A stretch of DNA of 62,937 nt, counting the filler, from Octopus bimaculoides (Eukaryota): assembly GCF_001194135.2 (NCBI RefSeq). It is 5 parts of 5 records of this genome, joined end to end, with 100 filler letters (N's around TTAATTAATTAA, not from the genome) between each part and the next. Parts side by side here need not be neighbours in the genome. Positions count along the whole stretch, not along the records: positions 9,538 to 30,901 come from NC_068988.1; positions 31,002 to 43,420 come from NC_069000.1; 3 more parts are not named here. One strand, 5' to 3'. Below, piece after piece: positions 23,453-36,730 of this stretch; positions within the stretch are counted from its first letter, which is position 1, and the number at the start of each line of letters is the position of its first letter. A program made the translations under genes and the position numbers. The notes beneath the pieces were generated by a model. The model had not been told where the DNA came from and did not search any database. It saw only the letters and a program-made list of their open reading frames with translations.

Positions 23453-24335
23453 CAAGGGGTTACCCAAAAGTAGACGGAAACGTTCTCTGTGGGACAAGCC
23501 CACTGTAGTTCAGGCTTCCGCCGCTAGAAGTCACTTGATGCAACCCTAAAGAATCAGTCCAGTGGGGTCATGCTGTCACGTGGTGCGTCTGTATTTTGTA
23601 GTGCTTCTCCCTCGTTCTTTGAATTTTGCGATGGCTGAAACAAAAGAACAGCGTGCTTCCGTGAAATTCTGTTTTCTACTGGGAAAAACGACGGCCAAAA
23701 CAGCTGTCATGTTTCAAACAGCTTACAAGGCCGCTGCCATGGACAAAACAAGTTTACGAGTAGTTTTCACGGTTTAGGAATGCTCACTTGTCGCTTGAGG
23801 ACCAACCTCGTTCAGGGCGACCGTCGATATTCCGAACGAATGAAAACATCATGAAAATTCATGAACAGATCTTGGAAGACCATCACCGAACAATTGACTA
23901 ACTCGTAGATGTAGCTGGTGTGCCCTGGAGCTCCTGCCAATGAATTTTGAGCGAGGAATTGCGAATGAAAAGCGTTGCAGCAAAATTTGTGCCTTACTTG
24001 CTCAAGGGAGATCAAAAGCATTCACGACTGAATGCTTGTCGTGAACTGAAAGAACAGTTGGAGGTTGATCAGGACCTTTTTCCGAAGGTCATCACTGGAG
24101 ACGAAAGTTGAAGATGTGGAAGAGGTGAAGAAAAAAAAAAACAAGAACAACGGAAGCGTTAAAAGGTATCACGTCGCAAGAGTTCCAGCATTGCATCGAA
24201 CAGTGGAAAACGTGTCTGGACCGATGCATTGCTTCAAATGGAGAATATTTTGAAAGTGAAAGAAGTGTAAACATGTAAAACTAAGTGAATAAAATAATAT
24301 TGCAAAATTCCAGTCTGTTTTGCACAATCACCTCG
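23453..24335 (+). mobile_element. Mariner element, internally deleted
   Basis: MAETKEQRASVKFCFLLGKT...AAKFVP...KVITGDES. Degenerate TIRs with TA flanks at 23451-52 and 24336-37. Confidence 0.85.
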
Positions 24336-24353
24336 TATAAGCTTTGAGTAATA

Positions 24354-25500
24354 CTCGGATGGGCTGAAAAGTTCATAAGAGTGATACTAGCGCTTCATGC
24401 ATTAATAATTGCATTGTTTCTTTCCAGATAAACTGACTTCTAACTATTCAAAGAAAACTTTAAAAGTAACGACTTCCTTTGTAAATGGATAAAGTTTGGC
24501 ATCGTGGTATTATTAAATACCATCAGAAAAGGGGGTTTACACACTGACGACATTTATGCTGAGTTGGTTGCTCTATTTGGAGATGACGCTTCATCTTTAT
24601 CAACAATACAAAAATGGGCAGTTGAATTTAGGAGAGTAAGGGATAATCTTGAATATGACCCAATGTCTGGACGTCCTGTAACTACCACCATTGAGGAAAA
24701 TTTACCACACGGTGGTGGATGTCAGCCGATAGGCTATAAATCAAATAGATAATGCTACTAGCATATCCCGTGAGAATTGCGAATATTCTGTGCAATGAAC
24801 TTGGCATGACGGAGGTTTATGCTCGGTGAGTGCCACATCCTCTGATACATGATCAAAAGCGCGCCAGGCTGATCACATACGGCGAAACTGACATTGTTTG
24901 AGGCAGATCCAACTGGTTTTCGTGAACGTTTTCTAAGCCAGCATGGACGTTGGGTTCATCACTTTGAGCCAGAGACAAAGACAATCCATGCATTGTAAAC
25001 ACCCCACCTTACCCTGAACATTTGAAGGCCAAGGTCGTTTCATTTGCATTAAAGTTGATGGTCTTAGTTTTTTTTGGGGGTGGGTGGGTGTAAAAAGCAT
25101 TGTGTTTAACGACTATCATCAAAAAGGCCACAACATATGTCAACATACCGAAACAGTTACTAAAGATCAAGCACTCAGCAAAACTGACCAAAAGAGTCTT
25201 GCTTCATCAACAGACTACTCCAACACACAAGTCCTTGGTTTCGATGGCTGCTGTGCGCAACTGTGACTTTGAACTATTTGATCACCCCATCACTATACTC
25301 ATGATTTGAACCATCTAACTATCATCCGTTCCACAACGTGAAAAAACACTTGGCTGGAAACCATTATCGCAGTGATGATGACGTCATATCTGCTGCTGCT
25401 GATTTTTGACCGACAGGATCAAAGCTTCTCCACCAATGGGATCAAAGCATCGATGAAAGAAGTGTGTGGCTCACCATGGGGGCTACGGTGAAAAATAAAC
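24354..25500 (+). mobile_element. Second mariner element, decayed
   Basis: DIYAELVALFGDDASSLSTIQKWAVEFRR...SGRP; later FELFDHP region; 5' end ta|ctcggatgggctgaaaagttcat. Confidence 0.8.
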
Positions 25501-26244
25501 CTCATATTCGGGGTTAATGTTTAATATCAAAGTATTTCTCACTTGGTAAATAACGCATTAGCCACTTTTAAGTGACGAATACACGCACGTATGTACGCAC
25601 ACTCTTCTTCAGTTCCTTCCCCACGCACGCCACCAAACCGTAGTCCAATGCACTTTTCCTCCCCCATCCCCGCAACGCTGTTACACCGGAAGACATACCT
25701 AAACAAAAGCACACACACACACTCACACACCACACAGACATACTCACTCACTCTCTCTCACACACACAGACACGTGTGTGTGTATGTGTGTGTGTGTGCG
25801 TGTGCATCTCTTTCCTCCTACACCCCATGTTACCAAGCCTCACTCCAACGCTTTCCTTCTCCTAGCAACGCTCTCGCAATCACATTAGCACACCTCCTCA
25901 CATAAATATTACATCTGCTGCACTAGTATACACACGTACATACATCCAATACCACGCCCACATTTACGCATTCTCGTATCTAGTCAATATAAGCACGCTC
26001 TTGTGCAAACACATGCCCCCACACACTGACCGGCTTTGTTTCTGTCGCCCCCACCAGACAATTAGATGCCACCACCTACCTGTTCAGCCACGCGATCCAA
26101 GAAATTCTTCTTTCTGACGGAACTAGTATCGGTGAATTGTTGTGGAATCGTTTTATAACACTATGTGATTCGCCTTGACCAATAGCTGCCCATTTGCCAG
26201 TAGTCATCTTGGACTTCCCGTGCCTCTTCATTCGGTTATCTAGG

Positions 26245-26960
26245 CTTCACAGTAACAACTACAACTTATGTGGAGGCAGAAAGGGTACTTACTTTACTTG
26301 AACACATGGCAACATGAGCTAGAATGAAGTTGAGGCTCCCAATTTAGGAGTATGATGATCAGAAGGGGCGAAGTAACAAACAAAATGAAGCTACAAGTGC
26401 AAGGAGAGGCCATTCCATCTATAGAAAAAAATTCGATTAAATATCTTGGAAAGATGTTTGACAAGCCGCTCTCAGACAGAAGCAATGCCATCAATACTGT
26501 AAAGCAAGCAGTGGAGTGTCTGAGGAGGATTAAAAGATCAGGCCTTCCAGGAAAATACAGGGCATGGCTTTATCAATACAGAATGTTTCCAAGACTCATA
26601 TGTTTATTGACGCTGTATGAGATTCCAATGACAAGCGTGGAAAGGGTGAAGAGGAAGGTAAATAAATACCCCCGAAGATGGATAGGTATTCTTCTAAGCT
26701 TCACTTCAATAAGCCTGTACATAAAATCTGGGTAGCTACAACTCACGCTGTTATCAGTAGTGAAGGAATTTAAAGTAGCAAAGTGTAATGCTGTAATGGT
26801 GTACAGGGACTGGAAGAATGAGTTCGTCAGACATGCAGGTATTACAAGGTACGGGCGAAAGTGTGTAGCTAGCACCGCAGTCGCTCAGGCTGAAGGCATG
26901 ATGGAGCTACGCGTCATCATTGGAGTTATATGCCAAAGTCGCCAAAGTCTTGGTAAGAGA
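26245..26960 (+). mobile_element. HERO-like (RLE-type) non-LTR retrotransposon fragment
   Basis: IPSIEKNSIKYLGK...SGLPGKYRAWLYQ...PRLICLLTLYEIPMTSVE...KEFKVAK...GRK matches my recollection of HERO-clade post-RT sequence. Confidence 0.65.
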
Positions 26961-27366
26961 CATTGGATACAAAACCAACTACTGAAGCGGAAACTCAAAT
27001 AAAATACTTGTAAAAATAAGTACAAATCGTTATTTAAAACATATAAAGTAATAATTTTTTTTAATGACTTTTATTCTGTAACATCGTTTTCGTATTAAGT
27101 TAAAATATGCGTGTACTTAATACTCTAGGCAAGATGCAGACACGGAGTTGTCGCCTTCAAATTCATGTTTTCTATGATAAAAGAAAAAAAATAACGAATC
27201 TCAAGGGACATAATTCTAGCCTACGGTTTTCTTATGTCCCTAAAGTAACGAGCTGTCGTGGCCTGAGTCTAAACAATAAGCGTTGTCTCATTTGTGTGTA
27301 ATTGCTCATACATCATGGAGATAATACATATTGCTCGATGTTATTATTATTATTATTATTATTATT

Positions 27367-27448
27367 CAGGTCACTGCCTGGAATCGAACTCAGAATCTTG
27401 AGGTTAGCAGCCCACGCTCTTAACCACTACGCCATATGCCCGTGGGTA
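27367..27448 (-). mobile_element. Short tRNA-derived SINE head with (AAT)n tail
   Basis: Minus strand ggcgtagtggttaagagc...gagttcgattccaggc shows A- and B-box-like motifs. Confidence 0.7.
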
Positions 27449-27743
27449 TAGATATTGTTAGTTTTGTTTAATCCTAGACAAGCATTGGTCAATCAGTCAT
27501 GTGATCGAAGGCATTTCAGTTACATCCATCGTGTCTTTTGTGGACATCTAGGAATATAATGATTTTCTTTCTTTTAAGGTGGTAGGGTGTGATTTAAAAG
27601 AGAGTTGTTTGCTATTTCTAGCAGGTTGAGTAACCATGTAGAGGTTCCCTCGTTGACTCGTGTAGAGTCCACAGAGTGGTGGTGAAACGATGAGCAGGGT
27701 TGCGATATGAATGTTCGCTACGTAACCCCCATCAATGCATCCA

Positions 27744-27866
<123 letters not shown>

Positions 27867-28196
27867 GAGAGAGAGAAAGAGTATTTATGTATACAGCAAA
27901 ACACACACACAGACATATATATTAAGTTACGAGAAGATGGATTTCGTAATAGACTTTTTTCTGTACAACGTTCGTTTTGACCCGTCCTGATATTGTCCTT
28001 TATGTGTGGGACTCTGTTCAACATGTGTTGCATCGTTTTTGCAATTTGGGACTCATAAGTTACATCGATTGATAAAATTGTCTCTCATAAAAGTTTTCGA
28101 GTGTCGACTACCACGCTGTTACACGCCCATCTAGTTAGGGAATGAATAATCAATGATTGACAACACTGATTGTCAACAGTAGAGAAGAAAACGTCA

Positions 28197-28305
<109 letters not shown>

Positions 28306-28362
28306 TGCACACACGCACACGTATATATGTATTTATGTATGTAATTTCTATAAAAAAGACTA

Positions 28363-28448
28363 CAAATCTTATAAATACAGCCACTCAGAGTTTCCTGGTC
28401 GGAATAATAATTTCAGAAAACTCTGAGTAGCTATATTTACAAGATTTG
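28363..28448 (-). other. 35-bp hairpin with a 16-nt loop
   Basis: Arms 28363-28397 and 28414-28448. All 4 mismatches become G-U pairs on the minus strand. Confidence 0.6.
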
Positions 28449-28551
28449 GGTTTTTTTTTTTTATTATACGATTATCTTTATTCTTTTGGCTGATCGAGTA
28501 ATTTTCAACTTGTTGAAGTATTACCACATAAATTATTTCTGTATGTAGATA

Positions 28552-28587
<36 letters not shown>

Positions 28588-28610
28588 CGCACGCGCGTGT
28601 TTGGGTGTGA

Positions 28611-28870
28611 GAGGGCACATGGCCTAGTTATTAGAATGTTGCACGAAAGATCGTGGTTTCAATTACTGGACCAGATTGAGCGTTGTGATCTGGAGCAAAA
28701 CATTACATTTCACGTTACTCTATGATCATTTCGACACTTGACAAGTGAAACACCGAGCACCTGTTCAGTCAACGTCGATTTAATGGAGGGAATGAAATAA
28801 TGTACAACACAAGCACTTGTTCACTGTAAACAGATAATTTGTGCAGGCTGTTTAACAAGAAATTGCCGGT
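28611..28870 (+). mobile_element. Diverged tRNA-derived SINE
   Basis: Similar to 47078 and to the reverse complement of 40990-41298 (gagcaaaacattacatttcacgtt). Confidence 0.55.
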
Positions 28871-29524
28871 CTGTCATTCTCGAACTACAATAGATTACTA
28901 TCATATATGAACATTAAAAATTATCGACCACATATACTAAAAGTAAACACCACATGTATTTGCCGGTAGGATGCGATTTAGCGCGGTGGTGTTTTCTCTC
29001 TCAAAGCGTCGGGTGTTAAAACACCTAAAAGTCATGGACAGGCGAGATAACTCACCCCAAATCCCATCCAGGAGCGATGGATATCGATGTTTCTCCGTTT
29101 ATGTGGCTTATCAACATCACATACACGAACTGGGTCGGAGATGAATCATATCGCCAGACCACGACTTATATGCATATTGTGTGAAAATTATGTGCTAGTA
29201 TGCCAGGACAATGCAGAAGTAAGAATAAATTCCAGTATGACTTAGAAGGAGCGCCAGTGTGATGAATATTATCGGCCACATATACTTAACGTACATGCAT
29301 TGTGTATTTGCTGGTAAGCTGCGATTTGGCCTTTATCTGACATGTGCTGCAGCTACGACATCATCAGCGCCTTCTTGACGGTAAGGAGATATGGTCGCCG
29401 TTTGTCAGACAAGATTTTCCACAGCTCATTTATTTGATTGAGTTGCAGTCCTGAATTAAGCGTAGACTAAAGCAGAGCACCTGTACCTAGAGTGTCGCCA
29501 GATACTCTGTCAGTCAAGCAATGT

Positions 29525-29765
29525 GGTCGATGGAAGTTCAACTCTGTCGTTTTATAGAGGGTTAGTGGCGGGCAAGTGCGACAACGTTCTCGGGGAAACT
29601 CAGGGCGTTGACGAGAATCAACTTGTTGGTCTGTTTCGGAAAACCTTCGGGCCGGGGCCTAAGGACAATTTCTAGAAACTTTTGGTCTGGCAGTACTACC
29701 GGAGGTGGGAGGCATTGCCGATCCGGGATAAACACTACAGGCATGGAAGGGCAGTCAAGACTCAA
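29525..29765 (+). mobile_element. L1/Tx1-clade LINE fragment (C-terminal region)
   Basis: FYRGLVAGKCDNVLGE...DNF*KLLVWQ...ALPIRDKHYRHG; homologous to 9538-9716. Confidence 0.6.
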
Positions 29766-30795
29766 CTAAAGTGCAACCAAGACTCAACTAAATGAACGCT
29801 GATCCCTACATATGTGTTACACAATCTCACGGGCGTATGGACATGCCCTAACACCATGTGCACCAACCCCATTGGCTAAGGATTAAAAACTAGAACTTAT
29901 GACCAGTTTCTCAACAAAACTAGTGAAACCCTATAAAAAATCGTTATAAGTTCCACTATATGATGCAGAGATGCATGATTTTTCAGGTTGATTGTTCAGG
30001 AAGAATGATAGCTTTCCTTACAGCAGCCGGTTCGGGCCCTCCTTTCGCGGTTGGATTTCCACAATTCACAGCGACCTTGCTCGGTGGTTAAAATGAATAG
30101 CCAGCCATTTAGTATCATACACTCTGAGGTTCGAGAAGGAAATGCTCTTTTCAGCAAATTTGTTGAATAGTGGATAAAAGTGGCAAGGATAGTCAGAGTT
30201 AACGGTCCTGCTTTGTGTATGCGTATGTATATTGAGGGAGAAAGATGAGAAGAGGGTACATGCCCCAGTGGTCAGGGTGACCATGGTTTTGTGCGATCGC
30301 CACGAGCAGTCCTCAGAAATCTTGTTTGAATTATTTGCTTCTGCCACACGTCTTTATTTTAACCCCACATTATATTGTCCTGTACTGTCTTCGATGCTTT
30401 TGTAAACTCGTAGTGGTTAATGCAGAAAACATTATTATCATCATCACCATTATCGTGTTATTTATTTCTTTCTTATTTTTTACTTTCTTCGTCCCGCGGT
30501 TTGATCAGTTGATATGGTGCTGGTTTAATTGTAAATGAAGACAACTTAAACATGAAGTGTACGTCACAAGCTAGCCAAGAACAAGTGTTTTTCTCGTATT
30601 TAATCATTTCTCTTCGATTTCATTTGATCTTCATATCATGATATCATGCCTTTCTTTCTCGACCAATACTTAATCACTCCATACTTCGGACTTCATTCAA
30701 ATACATAAAACTGCCTCGTCAAGTCTTCCACTCAGACTCTTTTCTTCCTTCCTTCTCTCCCTCTACACACATATGATAAACCATTCATCTGACCA

Positions 30796-30901
30796 ACTCT
30801 TCTTCTTCTTCTTCTTCTTCTTCTTCTTCTTCTTCTTCTTCTTCTTCTTCTTCTTCTTCTTCTTCTTCTTCTTCTTCTTCTTCTTCTTCTTCTTCTTCTT
30901 C
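30796..30901. repeat. (CTT)n microsatellite
   Basis: Direct reading. Confidence 0.95.
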
Positions 30902-30945
30902 NNNNNNNNNNNNNNNNNNNNNNNNNNNNNNNNNNNNNNNNNNNN

Positions 30946-30957
30946 TTAATTAATTAA
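30946..30957. other. Synthetic scaffold linker
   Basis: 44N-TTAATTAATTAA-44N. Confidence 0.9.
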
Positions 30958-31001
30958 NNNNNNNNNNNNNNNNNNNNNNNNNNNNNNNNNNNNNNNNNNN
31001 N

Positions 31002-31200
31002 CGTGCGGCTCCAACACCTTCATTCCTCAGAGCACGCATCCTTGCCCTGACAGCACACCCTTCGTGTTTAGCATTGAAGTGTTGGTCGAGGGCCAGATAG
31101 ATAGATAGATAGATAACTTTCTTTTATTAGCCACACAGGGCTGCACACAGAGGGGACAAATACAACTGTAGAGCTTTTATTTAAGAAAAAAAAAATGGGA
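31002..31200 (-). mobile_element. Two L1/Tx1-like pieces on either side of (GATA)5
   Basis: 31002-31095 translates LALDQHFNAKHEGCAVRARMRALRNEG (EN-RT linker-like). 31116-31200 is the 3' end shared with 9271. Confidence 0.5.
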
Positions 31201-31556
31201 TAGAATTGGAGAAATAAGAGAGGGCGTGAAAGAGGTAAGAGAGGAGACGTGAGTCATGGATTGGGGAAAATTGTCAGGAGAAGAAGGGGGAAACTGGTAA
31301 CCAGACATTGGCTGGAGACAGAATGAACATGTCGACAGTAGTAGTGTAGTTGGAGATGGTAAAATAGGGCAAGGTGGGAGGGAGAAGAGAGAAAATATGT
31401 ATTCAAATGAACTCGAGAATTATGTCATCAACAGAAGCATTTGCAACACCACTACTACCTACACCACTACTACCTACACCAACAAAACCAGTACTTCCAC
31501 CACCATCACCACTACCGTCAAAACAACAGATGCAGCAACCACAATGATCACAACAC

Positions 31557-31598
<42 letters not shown>

Positions 31599-32807
31599 CA
31601 GCAGCGTATAGAAATAGTAACATCAACAGTGTGTCTAACAGTTTATAAGCTTTTCGTCCCGTGTATATATACACCAAACACATACATATATATGTAATAT
31701 ATGTCTATATACACGCACGCGTGCTCACTCACATAATCACAATAAAAATTGACATCAATCACAACAACGGCAGATCAGCGGGGTCATCACCATCATAGTC
31801 ATCATCTTCATTATCATCACCGTCATTTCCATCAACGCCATCATTGTCATCAAAATTGCCATCTGCATAATCACTATATACTGCACAACCAATATTTCCT
31901 ACTTATATTGTGCCATTCCTTTACGCCATTTCGTCTTAAAATCCTTCACCGAGATATTAGTCCCTTCACCCGACCGAGGTACTAGGCCCACACCCGAGAT
32001 ACCAACCTCACGCAACTTCGAACACCGTATGGCGAGTATGTATTATTTCCATGAAAACAGATCTCAAGCTATCCCACTACGGTTATACGATAAAGTGGTC
32101 TCCGTCAACAGTACTAAGTCACGGTCACTACGCATATATCAAGGAAATAGTCTTGAATTGCATCTTCGTTTTTTTTTAATAGCTTAGCAAGGATGGAACA
32201 TTGTCCATAAACGTTTTCAGGGGCTCTGCGATTGATGTCAAAAATGGAGGAAGCTAACCTCAAACATACTGTTTGGAACTGGCTTGTGTCTGTTAAAAGC
32301 AAATAAGGAATTTATTGTAGTTTAAACAGAGCAATGCATTAATCTACCAACCACAAATAGGAACGTTCTCTGATGATATGATTTTTGAGCAGCTTCCATC
32401 TAAAATCTTCACAACGCATAAGTACTCGAGGCTAGGGTTGAAGGCATAACTTTTCACAGTATGAACGAACACGAAGAAAAAAAGCAGCAACTACGAAAAT
32501 GACTTAGGGTCATTAGTGAATAAGGTTTCTTAACCACGTAGATGTGCCTACACTCATTTTCAATAACGCAATACTAAAAATCTCGAAGTCGCTCCAAATT
32601 TTAAGTTTTACAATCCATGGTCGTCATACGTAGAAACCTTTATTCACAGAATTGCATTTCAATGCTTAATCTGGCGATCTGCAGCAAAGCTTAATTAAAA
32701 GCCATATTGGAATACTAATCACATAACAAGCATAGCGTTGCTGATATTTACACAAAGATTTTTGATTCAAGTAAGGTGTCTACTATAGATTTTTTTTTAC
32801 CTTTAAG

Positions 32808-32874
32808 TCTGTGGGGAAAGGGAAGCTCCCATCGAACTTCATTTTTTCACGGCCACCAAGATTGATGTGAAGAA
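32808..32874 (+). CDS. Internal exon (phase 1-2) of an Ig-like domain protein
   Basis: Acceptor ttttttttacctttaag, donor GTAAGA. Only one frame is open: CGEREAPIELHFFTATKIDVK. Phase matches the next exon. Confidence 0.55.
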
Positions 32875-32939
32875 GTAAGAAAATTATCTCCAAACCAGAC
32901 ATTTCTCGAATGTACCCATCTGGAATAATCTTTTATCTG

Positions 32940-33450
32940 TTATCTGTTATTTGTCTTAGTCGTTTGACTGCGACCATGCAGGGACAACGCCTCGAAGGAT
33001 TTTATTGGAACAAATCGGCCCTAGGGCTTATTTTCCAAGCCTAGCACTTGTTCAATTGTTCTCTTGCCGGAGCGCTAATTTATGGAGACGCAAACACACC
33101 AAAACCGATTATCAAGTGGTTTAGGGGGATAATCCCAGACACAAAAACACACACGCACATAGATACACATGCACACACATACATACACAATGTGTGTGTA
33201 TGGATAGATGGATTGATGGATGGATGGATGGATAGATGGATTGATGGATGGATGGATGGATAGATGGATTGATGGATGGATGGATGGATGGATGGATACG
33301 ACTACTTCTTTCAGTTTCCATCTACCAAATCCAACTCACAAGGCTTTGGTCAGCCCAAGGCTATAGTAGAAGACGCTTGCCCAAGGTGACATGCAGTCAA
33401 ACGGAACAAGGAACCATGTAGTGGAGAAGCAAGCTTCTTACCACACAGCC
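32940..33450 (-). mobile_element. Composite SINE with an internal (GATG)n expansion
   Basis: Reverse complement of the 7192 family. Confidence 0.75.
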
Positions 33451-33939
33451 AAAAAATTATTTTCTTTCAAAATGGAAAGTGGGTTACTTCAGAACGGAGT
33501 ATATGTAAGAAGTGAATAATACTTACATTAGCCCTGTATCAATGATCATGCCGCAGCTAGGAGAATGCAACGGACATTTTGACACCAAATAATGTGTGAG
33601 TTAACAGATTTTGCATGATTTTTGAATGACTAATATGTGTTTTCTACTTTCAATAAAGTTTTAATCAAAACTTCTTTTGAATATATAATATACTATATAA
33701 TATCTTTGTCCGTTCATGATAGGACGCATGTTGTTTTTTTTTTCTTTACTGCTATTTCCTTTTTTTTTTTTTAATCGAAGTGGGACGTTGGACAAAATAG
33801 TTGAGAAACGCTCATCAACTAAAATCCATCCTCAACACATCCTTTTTTTTCAAAAAAAAAGAAACAAATATAGTTTAAACTGAACATACGTGTGTATGGC
33901 CGCAAAAATCATGACTCCAGAAAATTATGGTTGCAGGCG

Positions 33940-33979
33940 AAGTAATCATTAAAAGAGAAAACATCATAATCATCATGGC

Positions 33980-34013
<34 letters not shown>

Positions 34014-34200
34014 GTCACCATCATCATCACCACCATTATCAACATTACCACCATCACCACCACCACCACCACCATCATCATCATCATTATCATCATCGTC
34101 ATCAACAACACCACCACCGTCACCATCATCATCATCGTCAGCATCACCACCACAATTTAATACTACTACTACTACATATACTATTGGTGCTGCTGCTGCT
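33940..34200. repeat. (CAT/CAC)n tract
   Basis: Direct reading. Confidence 0.9.
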
Positions 34201-34490
34201 GTTGCTGGTGTGGCTTGCAACAAAACAATGCGTTTAATATTTCATCGATGGTCTACAAATAAACAATTGAGATAGAGGCAACAGAAAAAAAAACAAACGA
34301 AAGAATTGACATACAAAATGTCTACACGACAAACTGCGCAGCTTTTCTTGACCACCATATTGTTTTTTTTTTAAATACATTATTATTCTTGAGATTTTTT
34401 TTTTTTTTTTGTGTTACGTATCCCCTCATTCTGTCAAAGAAATTTTCTACGCCAACTACTTACCCACATGCGTTTGTTGTCGTCATACAG

Positions 34491-34603
34491 GAACTGCAGT
34501 AACACTCGTGTGGAACAATTGGTCTATAAACCGACTGAAATGGAACAAGATTTGATAATCAAATGTGGATTCGGAGACATGTCAGAAGAAGTGGCACTGC
34601 GGA
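34491..34603 (+). CDS. Internal exon (phase 2-1) encoding the C-terminal part of an Ig-like domain
   Basis: Acceptor tttgttgtcgtcatacag, donor GTTAGT; NCSNTRVEQLVYKPTEMEQDLIIKCGFGDMSEEVALR. Confidence 0.65.
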
Positions 34604-35014
34604 GTTAGTATTGTGGTTTCTAATGTTGATAAAGTATTAAAAACTGAAATACGGGTGTATATGCNNNNNNNNNNNNNNNNNNNNTATATATATATATATA
34701 TATGCATATACATTTCTATTGTATTCATATATCATATATGCATATATGAGCGAAGAGAACATTTATGAAGTCAGATGATTACGGTTAGATTGAAGTAGTT
34801 ATCGTTTCCCACCAACGATGTAAAAAAAAATTGCATTAAGATCTTACAGAACAAATTTTATTTATGAGATTATATAGGACTACGTAATGTTATGGATATT
34901 TGGCTGAGCTGGAGCAAAAACAGAGTAGATAGCTCTCTGGTATCAGAGATATGAGAATACTGTTCAGCTAAGGTTACTCTTATGGTTAAGTATAAATGCA
35001 GGCGTTATATATAG

Positions 35015-35060
<46 letters not shown>

Positions 35061-35173
35061 ATATATTATTCAACACTGTTGTGTCGTTAAGGTTATTTTG
35101 AGGAGTCGATTATTTTCAAAATGCAAAAATTCAGTGTGCATATAGATAAATAGATAGATCGATAGATAGATAA

Positions 35174-35224
<51 letters not shown>

Positions 35225-36069
35225 GTAAATTAATCATAACTTGGAAGAAACTCAAGTTCTAAATTCTGGAGTTACTATATTTCAATTTTGTCAGTTTTTG
35301 TTTATAGTGACAGATGTATATCTATCCATCTATCTATCTATCTATATATATATANNNNNNNNNNNNNNNNNNNNNNNNNNNNNNNNNNNNNNNNNNNNNN
35401 NNNNNNNNNNNNNNNNNNNNNNNNNNNNNNNNNNNNNNNNNNNNNNNNNNNNNNNNNNNNNNNNNNNNNNNNNNNNNNNNNNNNNNNNNNNNNNNNNNNN
35501 NNNNNNNNNNNNNNNNNNNNNNNNNNNNNNNNNNNNNNNNNNNNNNNNNNNNNNNNNNNNNNNNNNNNNNNNNNNNNNNNNNNNNNNNNNNNNNNNNNNN
35601 NNNNNNNNNNNNNNNNNNNNNNNNNNNNNNNNNNNNNNNNNNNNNNNNNNNNNNNNNNNNNNNNNNNNNNNNNNNNNNNNNNNNNNNNNNNNNNNNNNNN
35701 NNNNNNNNNNNNNNNNNNNNNNNNNNNNNNNNNNNNNNNNNNNNNNNNNNNNNNNNNNNNNNNNNNNNNNNNNNNNNNNNNNNNNNNNNNNNNNNNNNNN
35801 NNNNNNNNNNNNNNNNNNNNNNNNNNNNNNNNNNNNNNNNNNNNNNNNNNNNNNNNNNNNNNNNNNNNNNNNNNNNNNNNNNNNNNNNNNNNNNNNNNNN
35901 NNNNNNNNNNNNNNNNNNNNNNNNNNNNNNNNNNNNNNNNNNNNNNNNNNNNNNNNNNNNNNNNNNNNNNNNNNNNNNNNNNNNNNNNNNNNNNNNNNNN
36001 NNNNNNNNNNCCACACACCAAAAAAAAAAAAGTAAACGCTTGCCCTTGTGGCAAAATTTGAAACCATTA

Positions 36070-36127
<58 letters not shown>

Positions 36128-36350
36128 GTAGGCGAGCAGTCAAAATCGTTAGCAAGCCGGACGAAATGCTTGGCAGCATTTCATCCGTCTTTACGTTCTG
36201 AATTCAAATTCCACCGAGGTCGACTTAGCCTTTCATCCTGTCGGAGTCGATAAAATAAGTACCAGTTGCGTACTGGAGTCGATCAAATCGACTGGCCCCC
36301 TCCCCCAAAAAATTTCAAGCATTGTGCCTACAGTAGAAAGGATTATTATG
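36128..36350 (+). mobile_element. Near full-length SINE
   Basis: aatcgttagcaagccggacgaaatgc...cctttcatcc...gataaaataagtaccag; sits after an (ATT)n tract. Confidence 0.8.
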
Positions 36351-36630
36351 ATTGTTATACGAAGTATTAGAGTGAATATTATGAATTGTACCCAGTCCTA
36401 CTTAAGTTGTGTTTGCTTAGAACTGAATATTTACGTCTATACTGTGTTACTATAAGTTTGGCCTCCAATTGTCGCCAGATCATTTATTCTATACATAAAC
36501 GAATTCGTATTTTATATATCATAGTTAGTAAATATAAGTGTACTTTGTTACGTATTTTCAACGGCGCATTTGATACTCGACTGCATTTCTGTCCTCAATA
36601 ATGACAAGGGAGTCTCTGTAACTCGGTGCA

Positions 36631-36730
36631 ATGCAAATATTGCATTAATATTGCAAATATTGCATTAATATTGCAAATATTGCATTAATATTGCAAATAT
36701 TGCATTAATATTGCAAATATTGCATTAATG
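36631..36730. repeat. Minisatellite, 5 x 20 bp (ttgcaaatattgcattaata)
   Basis: Direct reading; units nearly identical. Confidence 0.95.

Noticed and set aside
28921-29330. ~60-bp diverged direct repeats about 350 bp apart
   Set aside because: No TG...CA ends, primer-binding site or coding relic to support an LTR element; left unclassified.
36631-36730. CRISPR-like regular repeat
   Set aside because: The units are contiguous with no spacers, and the context is eukaryotic.
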